Notes: generated from the sequence alone by a model not told the origin. Shown: positions 42,901 through 52,254, counted from the first letter of the stretch. The stretch: DNA of 64,000 nucleotides from Paraspadella gotoi (GCA_051294375.1 JBJCIZ010000239.1:6487996-6551995), one strand, 5' to 3'. Numbers and translations: made by a program.

Positions 42901-44776
42901 CTTTGAAATAAAGCAAAGTCAAGCTCATTGAACCTACTAGGTATACGAGTTCAATCTCTAACCAGTAACGCCGTAAGACGTTGGGCGTGGAACTCAACTG
43001 GTTAACCAGGACTTCATACTCTCGAGGGGTTAAGTAAGTCATCTTAGCTAGCGCTATTCAAGGTAGTTGTCTTTTATATACTATAATTATATGCTAGTAA
43101 AGATTTACAATTTACTTCAGTGTACAGAAGAATATTTTTAGACGATCTAGTAGAAGAGATTAGATGAGAGAGACCTTGTACCTAAACCATCTGGAAGAAG
43201 TTCTAATGAAATTGTTTATACAGTGTGTCCTATACTACTATATGGCTGTGAGGTAAAAACTTTTTTGGGCTAGAGACATGAACAGAATTAATGTTGCTAT
43301 TAATGATGGTATCATGAAAATTATTCGGATTCAAACCGATGGAAAGCATTAGAGAGCTTCGGACTTTAGTTTGGTTACTGTGATATTATTACATGTTTAA
43401 CCAGCGTAAAAAGAACTTTATTTCCAAGATCTATAGTTCGAAAATTTAGTTTCAAAAAAATAATCGCATTCTTTAATGATTGAAATATATTAATTGATAA
43501 TTTGGACCTTTGTTGTCTGTGGTGGTGGTTTTCACGCAATCTTTAACTTTGTTTGTTTTTAGACTTAGCTTTTTTGATGCTCCTGTATGTAACTGAATCA
43601 ACCTTGTTGAATCGAAATAAAACGCATTCTAAGCATGACACCTTCAGTCGTGACCGTGGCTCATTGAGTAAAGCCATCAGCTCATGACCACTAGGTACCG
43701 GGTTCAATCCCAACCAAGTGTGAGGACGGCCGTAAGCCGCCTTGGGGGGTGGAAAACCCTCAAGCCTGGTCCAAGCCCAGGATCCGTTCCATAGCTGCTC
43801 GAGGGGTTAAGAAGTTACGGATAGTCATCTTCAGCCCACTAAGCGCCTTATCCACAGTTGTAGCTTTAATGTTCGTTTATTATACATATAAAATTTTTTA
43901 TTGCTAGTATTATTAAGATTATTTTATACAATATTTTAACTTTCAATTGATTGGATTGACGAGAGAGAGAGAAGAAGAAGAGAGAGAAGAGAGAGAGACA
44001 CCTGCAGCCGGTTCCCGTAGACGGTGGGAAAGAAGTGCTCGAGATAAACTGCGATAGCAAGAAGGCGATGAATTCGACAGAGAGAATATAAGACCGAGCC
44101 TGAGAAGAAATTTAATGTAATAAATATATAATAAAATACTTAATTATATTTCAAATATCTAAATTAATAATTACTTGAAAAAAAATGTGTTGATGAACAT
44201 TTTACAAATTTAAAAATAGAAAGAAAGAATAAGATTAATCTATGAAACTTCGATCCAAAATTAAATTAATTTCAAAGTTAAAGATTAGGTTAAAGATTAA
44301 AGTTAGGGATTAGGTTGTGGATTGGCTTAAGAATTAAGATTGGGATTAAGTTTGTAATAGGGTTTAGGGATTAGAGTGAAGGATCAAAGTTAACATCAGG
44401 GATTGAATAAAAATTTGTTAAGAGGTTAGATCTTAGGGTTAAAATAAAGTAAAACAGAAATGAGCGCGGTCTCGGTAAATAGTGCCGAAACGTGGGGTCC
44501 CTAACTGCGCCGTGAATGTCCAGTAGAGGGAAGTGCCGTCGTCTCGTTCGTCGGAAGCTCAACTTCTTCGTTGATGAGATCCCATCTGAGAGAAGGAAGA
44601 AGGAGAGGGTTGGTGGGGAGTGGGAGGGAGTGGGGAGTGGGGGAAGGGGAGAGATGGTGGGAGGAGGAGGAGGGGAGGGGAAAGGGAAGATGGGGAAGGG
44701 AAAGAATTTTAGGGAAAGGAGAGAGGAAAGGAGGAAGATGAGGAAGAGAAGAGAGAGGAAAGGAGAGAGGGTTGAT

Positions 44777-44833
<57 letters not shown>

Positions 44834-45078
44834 GGACGTTTGTAGAAAAAAGAGAAGAAACGAGGAGGGGAAATAAAAGAGAAAAAAAAAATCAGGAGTG
44901 GATGTAGGGAAAAATATATCCTTCTCTCTTTTTCTCTCTCTCTCTCTATCTTTCTGTCTTTTTCTATCTCTTTCTTTTCCCTGTTTTACTCTCTCTCCTC
45001 TCTCTCTTCTCTCTCTCTCTCTCTCTCCTGTGTCTCTTCCTCTCTCTTTCTATCCAACCCTTCCCCCTCTTCCCCCTC

Positions 45079-45143
<65 letters not shown>

Positions 45144-48100
45144 ACGTGACGCTTCGCTCGACGGCGGCGAGCCAGACGCAATGAGTGAGAGCGAGACAGA
45201 TGGCGACTTGCGGTACGATGGCGAAGATGCAGGCAACGGCGAAAGGAATCAGCATCATGACGAACATGAGGATGGGTGTGGCCAGAGCAAAGAAGAAGGC
45301 GCTGATGATGCTGAAGACTGCGTTCGCGTTTTTTTGTGTGTGCGTATGTGTGTGTATTCGTGTTTATTTGTGTGGAGGTGGAGTAAGTTAAGAGGGATGG
45401 AGAGAAAGCGGGAGGAAAGGGACGGGCATTGCCTAAGTTCAACCCGTTTCTGAGCATGACACTTTCAGTCGTGACCCGGCGGCTCATTGAGTAAAGCCAT
45501 CAGCTCATGACCACTAGTTACCGGGTTCAATCCCAAACCGGGAAGCGTGAGAACGGCCGTAAGCCGCCTTGGGGGCGTGGAATTCCCAGCCCAGGACCCG
45601 TTCCATTGCTTCTAGAGGGTTTAAGGAAGTTGCGGTTAGTCTGCGGGTAGACTACCAGTCATCCTCGGCCCACTTAGCGCCTTATTCACATTAAGTTCAG
45701 GGGTCGTTCCAATGGTGGCGTAGGGTTGAAATCCTTACCCCATACAATTAAATCAAATCAAATCAACTAATCCAATCGATCAATCAAAATCGCATTAATA
45801 CCTGCGGCGCTTTTCACGCTCTTGAAGAGAACCGAAACGACGAAGGATTGAGAAATGACGGTGAGAGAGTAAATCCAGAAAAGAATGAAGAAGACGCTCC
45901 TGCAGAGCGAATAAATTTTAAAAATATATATTATATACAAATGTATTAAAATATCTGTTCAATTCTTATCTATCTATTCTAAGCTAAATCTAAATTTATT
46001 ATTCTTAATATTAATAGAAACAGTTGCTCTCCCCCTGACCATTCAATGTTGCCCACGATCCAATCCGATCCGACGACCATGATGAGCATTAGGCAACTTA
46101 GGATGAGCGCCTCGAAAGCATTGACGACGAGGTAGGACAACCAGAAGGCAGACTCCAACATGCCCATCACCCGCATCATGTCTTTGATCTGTAGGTTTGA
46201 AAAACATGGGAAGGCGTGGTTGAGGGTTGGTAGTTGGCAGGGAGGGATGGATCTGAAGAAAACTTAATTTCTGATATTATTGTAGTCGGGCATTGCCTAG
46301 GTTCACCCCGCCTATAAGCATGACTCTTTCAGTTGTGACCCGGTGGCTCATTGAGTAAAGCCATCAGCTCATGACCACTAGGTACCGGGTTCAATCCCAA
46401 CCCGGTACCTACCTTGCGGGAAGAGTGAGGACGGCCGTAAGCCGCCTTGGGGGCGTGGCAAACCCTCAAGCCTGGTTCCAAGCCCAGGACCCGTTCCATG
46501 TCTGCTAGAGGGGGTTATAGAAGTTACGGATAGTCATCTTCAACCCACTTATTATTATTATTACGCTCAAAAATTTTGTAAAGAGAGCGAATTTTGTCAT
46601 TTACACATACAGAGGCAGCAAATAAATATTGTAACATATCCCAATCCTTTCATCACCCCTCCCTAAAAATAAATTCGTTCGAAGAAAAAAAAAAAAACTA
46701 AAAAAAATAAATCTTCAAGGTTTTTGCGTGTGTAAAAATGTTGCGCAGTATGCATAGTACGCAATGCATACGAACCTAACCTTGCTCTCTTTCTCGCTGA
46801 CCAACTGAACGACGAGAGAGACGTAAAATGGAATGAGACCCAAAGCCGCGGCCACGCCCAACAGATGATATTGGCCGGCGGCGCCGACTGCCGGCCGGCC
46901 ATCCGGCGTGTAGGTTAGACGAGGGACGGGGAACATCTTGACGCTGTAGTTGAGACGGAGGCCGCTGATGACGGGCGGGTCGGAGCCTGGCGGGAGAGGG
47001 GGGAGGGAGAAGAAGGGAGGGAGAAGAAGGGAGGGAGAATAGGGGAGGGAGATGGTGGGAGGAAGGGAGGTGGTGGAGTGGGAATGTAAAGAACCCAAAG
47101 TTTTGATAAAACGTGATTTACATCTTTTTAAAAATGTTTAACCTTTTTTTTTTTGTAAGGTGGAAAAGACGTAAAGGGGATTTGTTTATATGTTTATATT
47201 TGATTATATATACATTCTATCCCGTGTTTAACAGCAACGTTTGTTAGAAATGATTTTAATTCAAACAAATTCTCTTCGTGAATATCTGAATTGTTTTTAG
47301 TCTCTACTTTAATGATTTTATATCTTTACTCTCATTGGTCGAATTCTACCAATAGTAGTTAATGATTGAATTCTCAATAATTTTAAAGAAGATCTCTCTT
47401 CTCATTGGTCCATTAAATTTAGTCTTTGTATAAAAGAAAGGGCAACTTTTATTTTTTGAAGAGATTGCCCTGGGACCATAAGGTAATTGAATGATTTACT
47501 GAAATTATTAAATAGTGGAATTAGTATTAATAAATGGTTATATTTTGTAGCTTTTGAGCTTCCACAGCTCTTCCAATGGCTCTTCCACAGCTCTTCCAAT
47601 GGCTCTTCCACAGCTCTTTCAATGGCTCTACTGATTGTTATTTCGATTGTCCTTATAACTGTCAACTGAATTACAACTAACTTCAATTAATACTACTAAT
47701 GGCGTTACGGTTATTGATGAGTCAACAATAGAGAAATTAATATGAAGGATGCTCAATCGTGTTCCCAAGTCCGTAAGGAAATGTGCAATCTCTAACACCG
47801 TTAATGTTATCAGAGTAAATGTATTATGTTTTCCCTTCTCATTTTTCTTAACATTTTTAGTCGTTTATGATTAATCCCTTCTTTACAATATTAGGAACGC
47901 TTCACAATCTTAATTCACATTTCCGTCCTGGTCCAGTATCCTCCTTAAAACGACCACCCCCAACCACCCCCTCCCCAACCACCCACAACGTCCACCCTTA
48001 ACCCACTTACCCCGGGTGAGTTCCTCCAAAATGGCGGATTCGACGACCATCTGCAGCTGCGCATATCCGCTGAGGAGATAATCGTTCGGCGGGCAGTTTG

Positions 48101-51100
48101 AGGAGAGACCCTGGTTATTGATAGTGGTTATTGATAGTGGTTAATGATTGGTGGATGGAATTGTGGATGGATCAGAGAATGGTTTTGTGGATGGATCATA
48201 GAATGGTTTTGTGGATGGATCAGAGAATGGTTTTGTGGATGGATCAGAGAATGGTTTTGTGGATGGATCAGTGGTTAGATTAAAGAAACAAAATTCATTG
48301 CTCTTTAACTCTTAAACTGGAAATTCAAAATCGGTATCTAAAATTTTTTTTTTTTCACTTTTTTTACCATCTTATTGAAAGAATTTTTTAAAGAAAGAAT
48401 TATACTTTCTTATAAACTTTCTTATGAAATTGGTACAACCAATATAAAAATTATCCATTCATTTAATAAATAAGCTATCTTGCCCCTGACTTTGGACAGG
48501 CTTTGGTGGTTTAAGGCCTCCATCACTCTTACAAGATAATGACATAGCAGGTCCCTGCAAGCTTTCAATCAAGACTCTCTCACAGACTTGTTTATTCACT
48601 CCCAGAGTACCTGGCTTCCCTATCAATGAAGTGGAAAATATTTCAAAGAATGTTTCAATTGTATGAAAAGACCACTCCCTTAAGTATTAGATCGGGGAAT
48701 ACTTATTGTACTCCGCACTAGCATCAAAATACAAGGAGCTGAATTTTATGAAATTGGTACAACCAATATAAAAATTATATCATTCCCCCCAAATTTTTTT
48801 CCCGCTCCCTACCTTCAAAAGCGGTTGGTAGCAATAACGCGTCTCCAAATAAGAAGATGCGATCGCTTGAAAATCCGCGCGTGGACCCTTTTTGGGGACC
48901 TGGAAGAGGGTGGACGGGGATCGGGAAGAGGGTTTGAGGAAGATGAGGCGAGGAAGGGGGTGTTGATCGCCTGATCGAATCCCACCCCCCAAAAAAAAGA
49001 CTGGTCACGTGACTTTATAAAAGTATGAAATAAATGCAGAGTGAAATGGAAAATCCTGATGGATCGTCTACTTTTTCCCGGGAAAACTTAACCAAACCGC
49101 GGCATTGAGTATGTCATGTCATGTCGCAATAACTCATTGGGCGTGTGAACGCGTTATCTCGTACTGAACGAGCGACAAAAAGGGAAATTTAATTTCCTGT
49201 AAACTATTTTTTTTTTTCATAATATTTTGTATTTATTTGCTTAACGCTTTTCTTTTTTCTGAATTTTTTCGAATTTACCTGCAGAACCAAACCCGGGCCG
49301 GGCATTCGGATAGCGTATTTGGGTGTCCGGATCTTCATAGGATCTGGAAGATATAAACAAAAATTGCGATTCTAAATTGAATCGAATGTCAGGGACGAAT
49401 TTCCACGCCATCTCGTTCGTTTAATAAAGGAATTTTTGGTTGAGGCTGAATCACGAAGCTGACATTTTGACTCTATTTAGTATTTACCCTGTCGCCATTT
49501 ATCACCACAAATATACGGACTTTTGCAGGTTGAATAATACATAAAACACTTCGGTCAGCTCCTCCCACGCAACTTTGTGTAATTTTGTGCAAGAGTTTCA
49601 CAATAATACGAAACTGTACATTTACTTTCTGACTTTCATCTTTATTCCAGCGACGCTCTATTTAGCTTTTTTTTAAAATGTATTATGTACTAGAAGTGCA
49701 TTCATATGTTTTAAAGAAAGTAAAACATTTGTCATGTAAACTATTCTCACTATACTAGCAAAGTAGATTTATAAAAATTAGAAAATAGAAAATTTCCTTC
49801 CAAGATTTTCGTTAAGAATAGTTTCGGGTTCCTAGCGTAGTGACATTCTCTTTACAATGCGTATCACTATGCATATTACTATGAATAATATGCTTTTCTT
49901 AGTGACTGTTTTGATGTCGAGAAAATTGTTTCTTCAACTTCATACTCACGAGTCAATCGCAGTTGGAGTCCGAACCAAGAATGGAATCTACACATTTAAA
50001 TGAGGGCACGATCTATAAAAAGGAGCGCCAGCGGATTCTTTAAAGCGCGAATCGTTGGCGCCGCCAATTCTTTCCCTTTACTGAATTTTCCGGCGCCGCA
50101 ACCGTCACTGACGGCGTCAGAGCCCAAAAAACTCACATGGAACGTAATCCGTGTCTTCGCCTTCGAAAACGATGGCGCCGGCAATGTTGAACTTGTAGAT
50201 TCGTCGGTAGATCTCGACCAGCTTCTCGTTATTGGCCAGGATTTGACTCTCTGCCCTCTGAGGATTAATTGATCGATTTTTTGCTAAATTGATTCATAGA
50301 GTCGTTCAGATGTTTAATTAATTGTTAATATTGCTTGTTGTTTTTTTTTTTCAGGCAGGTAACGCCCGTTTTGGGTTGTGTTTGTCAACTTGTCAGAAGT
50401 GAAAAAAAAACTGCAATGATATCGATTAATTATTATATCAAACATTAAATCAATTAATAAATCTATCAATCAAACAAACAATCAATCAATCATTCATATT
50501 CCCTGATGAATTCCAAGATCTTTGAAAATTCTTCTTGTCATCCTTTTCACTCTCGTCGAAGATATTCCATTTTGGACGACAAAAAACTGTCGCGAGTCTC
50601 TGATGATAAATATGCAATACACAATATAAAATATTATTATATTATTTTGTTATTATATAGTATTTTTTAAGGCGACAGACGGATAGACGGATAGTTTCTA
50701 TTTGAGTACAATAAATAAAGAATTACAACTTTATTGCTGAGTCAGTATCGATGCTTCATCCGAGAAAGCCCCCCCCCTCGCGGCCCCCACCCCCCCCAAA
50801 AAAAAATAATAAAGATTCACTTTTGAGTGGTGAACTGGAAAGGCTGCTCGTTGTTGAGCGTGAACTTTTTGGGTTTGGCGTTGAAGAGTGGATAAACGGG
50901 AAAGTCGACTGCGTTCATCGCTTGATCAACTCCGTCCTTCTTGAAGATCTGTCCCAGAATGATGAAGAGCAGCACGAAGAGCAGTTCCGAGAAGGTGCGG
51001 AGAAAGCTGCGCACTTTGAGCAGAAAGTTGCGGCTCATCAACGCCCAGAATTGCGGCAGGAATCCGCCGCAACAGAAGATTTTCCTCGCCGTTTTCTTTT

Positions 51101-51134
51101 TGGGCGGAGGAAGGTTCGCCGGTTTGTCCGGCAT
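687..51134 (-). CDS. ABC transporter subfamily A (full-size ABCA), 3' end (NBD2) beyond window start
   Basis: N-terminal [32 protein letters not shown], Walker [16 protein letters not shown]-loop, [50 protein letters not shown] and a second TMD. About 31 spliced exons were traced by hand. Confidence 0.93.
1880..2082 (+). mobile_element. Family-2 LTR, degenerate (ribozyme P3/P4 deleted)
   Basis: Colinear with 51471-51717, stems conserved and loops changed. Confidence 0.8.
2450..3130. repeat. About 35-bp minisatellite
   Basis: GGGGATTTAGGAGAGATTTGGGAGGAAAAGATTTGT units. Confidence 0.9.
3470..3995. repeat. Purine-rich minisatellite of about 45 bp
   Basis: GGGGAAGGTGGGAGAGAGAGGAGGAGGAGGAAGAG units. 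Confidence 0.85.
5019..5630. mobile_element. hAT-type foldback MITE
   Basis: TIRs TAAGGCGTAGT/ACTACGCCTTA, 8-bp TSD ATATACAT, near-palindromic body. Confidence 0.88.
5878..13570 (-). CDS. ABCA exons from H-loop to ECD2 (clean copy)
   Basis: Exons 13570-13455, 12176-12059, 11584-11398, 10359-10227, 9595-9493, 9211-8939 (or 8969), 8379-7919, 6852-6687, 6027-5878. All open and phase-compatible. Confidence 0.87.
6056..6268 (+). mobile_element. Family-3 LTR-like element: tRNA-like head plus twister fold (ends approximate; duplicates near 16895 and 30300)
   Basis: tRNA-like segment at about 6093-6166 (TGGTGCCCGAGG, CTCCCAA loop, GGTTCAAGCC), followed by a twister core at 6177-6237. No TSD identified. 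Confidence 0.72.
6171..6240 (+). ncRNA. Twister ribozyme, type P5 (family 3)
   Basis: GAGG-GA-CGG-GACGCT-TAA-CCC-GC; P3 CTGTA/TACAG; P4 CCTG/CAGG with loop T-CCG-AA-GC. T1 is CGG/CCG. Confidence 0.78.
6906..7478 (+). mobile_element. Family-4 old two-LTR TRIM (duplicates near 17757 and 31165)
   Basis: LTRs start TGTTGTGGTAGTAC at 6906 and 7261 and end in CA at 7073 and 7478. PBS-like TGGTTAGCC at 7075, purine tract GAGGGAGGA before LTR2, flanks GCAC/CCAC, B box GGTTCGTTCCC. Confidence 0.72.
7367..7441 (+). ncRNA. Degenerate twister ribozyme, type P5 (family-4 LTR2)
   Basis: P5 ACAAG/CTTGT; GA-TGA-GGTGTC-TAA-CCC-AC; P3 TTGTAG/CTACAG; loop T-CTA-AA-GT. T2 covaries to AC/GT; T1 and P4 are imperfect. 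Confidence 0.6.
7809..7852 (-). mobile_element. Family-1 LTR 5' head fragment
   Basis: Reverse complement reads TGTAGTCGGTGCATAAGTTCACCCCGCCTTTAAGCATGACACCT. Confidence 0.75.
11566..11725 (-). repeat. About 55-bp tandem triplication of a 3' splice site plus exon start
   Basis: ATATTCACAG|GAAATCATCTTCACTCTC occurs three times. Confidence 0.88.
12238..13175. mobile_element. Tc1/mariner-type foldback element (duplicates near 23060-24003 and 36618-37567)
   Basis: Long imperfect inverted arms CATGG..ACAAGCGCCGGTA / TACCGGCGCTTGT..CCATG flanked by TA. Confidence 0.8.
13714..16294. other. Low-quality AT-rich block duplicated verbatim at 27124-29704 (probable assembly artefact)
   Basis: Identical wherever compared, at offset 13410. 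Begins and ends inside the hAT MITE; the second copy follows an N gap. Confidence 0.85.
16284..26171. repeat. Second, indel-rich copy of the internal ABCA block
   Basis: Colinear with 5455-13712 and 29695-39520; contains a 25-N gap. Confidence 0.9.
26858..27076 (-). CDS. ABCA NBD1 signature/Walker B exon (cleanest copy; noisy copies near 38320-38572 and 24940-25195)
   Basis: [73 protein letters not shown]. Confidence 0.85.
29695..39520. repeat. Third, indel-rich copy of the internal ABCA block
   Basis: Colinear with copies 1 and 2; most exons frameshifted by single-base indels. Confidence 0.9.
38971..39054 (-). CDS. ABCA NBD1 Q-loop exon (noisy duplicate near 25598-25685)
   Basis: [28 protein letters not shown] between cag and gtgag. 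Confidence 0.88.
39524..39766 (-). CDS. ABCA NBD1 Walker A exon
   Basis: [35 protein letters not shown]; the 5' half looks error-prone. Confidence 0.88.
40289..40361 (+). tRNA. tRNA-Arg(ACG), intronic and antisense to ABCA
   Basis: 73-nt cloverleaf: acceptor GACCGCG/CGCGGTT, anticodon loop CT-ACG-AA, T arm GAGGG-TTCGAGT-CCCTC. Confidence 0.93.
40430..41650 (-). repeat. 42-bp minisatellite made of the exon-13 end plus its 5' splice site (two blocks split by unique 41171-41390)
   Basis: Unit AGCTTGGATGGGAAGATCGCTTTGAAG|GTGAGGCAGAGAGAA, about 20 copies, some with a 15-bp extension. Confidence 0.9.
41624..51134 (-). CDS. ABCA exons 1-13 (TMD1/ECD1)
   Basis: Exons 51134-50821, 50599-50503, 50257-50137, 49343-49279, 48899-48813, 48110-48011, 46986-46781, 46188-46040, 45899-45802, 45317-45146, 44585-44506, 44099-44002, 41785-41624. 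Phases chain correctly. Confidence 0.85.
41831..42430. mobile_element. Same hAT-type MITE, opposite orientation
   Basis: Same TIRs, 8-bp TSD TTGTGTAG, inserted 5 nt inside a family-1 LTR. Confidence 0.9.
43062..43628 (+). mobile_element. 5'-truncated non-LTR retrotransposon (ORF2 C-terminus and 3' UTR), frameshifted
   Basis: Peptide fragments [34 protein letters not shown] resemble the post-RT region of CR1/L2-group LINEs. AATAAA at the 3' end. Confidence 0.62.
45421..45690 (+). mobile_element. Family-1 LTR, degenerate
   Basis: Same sequence with internal deletions; ends CTTATTCACA. Confidence 0.85.
46281..46550 (+). mobile_element. Family-1 solo LTR (3' slightly truncated)
   Basis: Closely similar to 42434-42700 and starts TGTAGTCGGG. 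Confidence 0.88.
46416..46494 (+). ncRNA. Twister ribozyme, type P5 (family-1 LTR; also near 42567-42643 and 43716-43787)
   Basis: P5 GCGGG/CCCGT; GAGT-GA-GGA-CGGCCG-TAA-GCC-GC; P3 CTTGGGGG/CCCTCAAG; P4 CCTGG/CCAGG with loop T-TCC-AA-GC. T1 is GGA/TCC. Confidence 0.82.
48160..48272. repeat. 24-bp minisatellite
   Basis: TTGTGGATGGATCAGAGAATGGTT, about 4.5 copies. Confidence 0.85.
48455..48745. mobile_element. Unclassified dispersed repeat between 33-bp direct repeats; relatives at 8497-8870 (inverted pair) and about 1120-1220
   Basis: Shared motifs TATCTTGCCCCTGAC, GGCTTCCCTATCAA, TTGATTGAAAGCT, GCACTAG. Confidence 0.55.
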
Positions 51135-51470
51135 GATGATTTTTTTTTTCCCTTTTTTAAGTTACTTTATTTTTTGTAATCTAGTTTTTGTTTGTTTGTT
51201 TACAATTCGCTTTTATCTTTTAGTTTCTTTTTGATTCATACTTTCAACGATTTGTTTTTGTTTTTGTTTTTATATTTTCGTTAAGAATTTTTAAAAATCT
51301 TTTGATGTCGAAAAAAAAAATATTTGTTTAAACGTGGATTTTTCGCCCGCTGTCTTTGAGGGTAAAAAAAATTTAAGGTTGTGTCATTAATGGGCTCCTA
51401 AAGTAATATAAATATTACTCTAAACATTTGAATTTTTACTCCGCGCCTCCTCATGTGAAAAATAGTCGTG

Positions 51471-51725
51471 TGTGGCGATATATTCACACCGCCTCACATC
51501 CACCATCATTCAGCCAAATCCATTGGCTCAGAGGGGGAACACACCATCCCAGGCGTAGAGTTCCATCCACAGTCCTAATGACTTCCCTCTGCGTTGGCAA
51601 AGCGAGACCGTCCTAGGGTAACCGCGCCAGTGACTGGAGGCGTCACTGAGGGTCGGAAGCCCCCAAAGCCAACAGTGAGATGCCCCATCCCAATGGGCAT
51701 CACAGGCAACCCGGCTGTTGCCATA
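51471..51725 (+). mobile_element. Family-2 solo LTR with tRNA-like boxes and twister fold
   Basis: Termini TGTGGCGA...TTGCCATA, perfect 4-bp TSD CGTG, A box TGGCTCAGAGGG, B-like GAGTTCCATCC. Homologous copy at 1880. Confidence 0.85.
51593..51673 (+). ncRNA. Twister ribozyme, type P5 (family-2 LTR)
   Basis: P5 GTTGGC/GCCAAC; GCGA-GA-CCG-TCCTAGGG-TAA-CCGC-GC; P3 CAGTGAC/GTCACTG; P4 GGG/CCC with loop T-CGG-AA-GC. T1 is CCG/CGG. Confidence 0.82.
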
Positions 51726-52254
51726 CGTGCGAGCTTTTTCTTTATGGTTTTATTTACGGAGCCGATGTTCTGAGACAAGCATGACCTGTTCTGAGACAAG
51801 CATGTTCTGAGACAAGCATGACCTCGCTTTACGATAGTTCATTCCTTTATTAGCAAGCAAGATGTTTTTGGCTTTATCACTCGGTGAAACTTTAGATGTA
51901 TGTCACTATTGTCACTACTAATTATATGCGTAATAAATAAAAAAAAGTTTAATAGATACCACGTAAATTTTTTTGATATTTAACTATTTTTACGTATCCT
52001 TTACTTTTTCCACTCTTGCGCCTCCATTTTTATGGCTCAAGTCAAGGATTACGATGTGAAGAATTGAATTCGATTAAACTAATTGTTAGATTTTATTGAA
52101 TAGAATGGACACAAAAATTAAAACACTAATTTCAAAATTGAATTAATATTAAGTTCAGTATAATTCATCGGCGCTACCAAATACTCGGATACTTAATACG
52201 AATTAAAAAAGAAAAGAAAATTCATTGGACGGAATTTTAGGTCAATTGACCTTT

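Larger units (their letters stand above)
41826..43856 (+). mobile_element. Family-1 non-autonomous LTR element (TRIM, Helenus-like), two-LTR copy interrupted by a hAT MITE and a LINE fragment
   Basis: LTR TGTAGTC...TTATCCA(C/T)A of about 280 bp (42434-42714, repeating from 42834; 3' part again at 43629-43856). PBS-like TGGTGAGCCCA at 42716, PPT-like GGGGGCA at 42827-42833, 4-bp TSD GTTG (41822-41825 / 43857-43860). A box TGGCTCATTGAG, B box GGTTCAATCCC. Confidence 0.85.

Noticed and set aside
46432-46516. Type-P1 twister reading using the downstream GAGGG
   Set aside because: P2 does not form. The permuted P5 reading gives a perfect T1 and P5 and generalises to all families.
42434-46550. Ordinary tRNA-derived SINE
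   Set aside because: The tRNA part is internal, there is no tail, and TG..CA ends, PBS, PPT and a 4-bp TSD indicate an LTR element.
51575-51625. Hammerhead-like CTAATGA...GAGAC...GTA
   Set aside because: Core mismatches and no stem I. The same bases fit a twister with covariation far better.
51600-51625. Telomerase-template-like TTACCCTAG on the minus strand, and a 7SK-like GGATGTGAGGCG near 51490
   Set aside because: Imperfect short matches inside a TSD-flanked mobile LTR with no other supporting domains.
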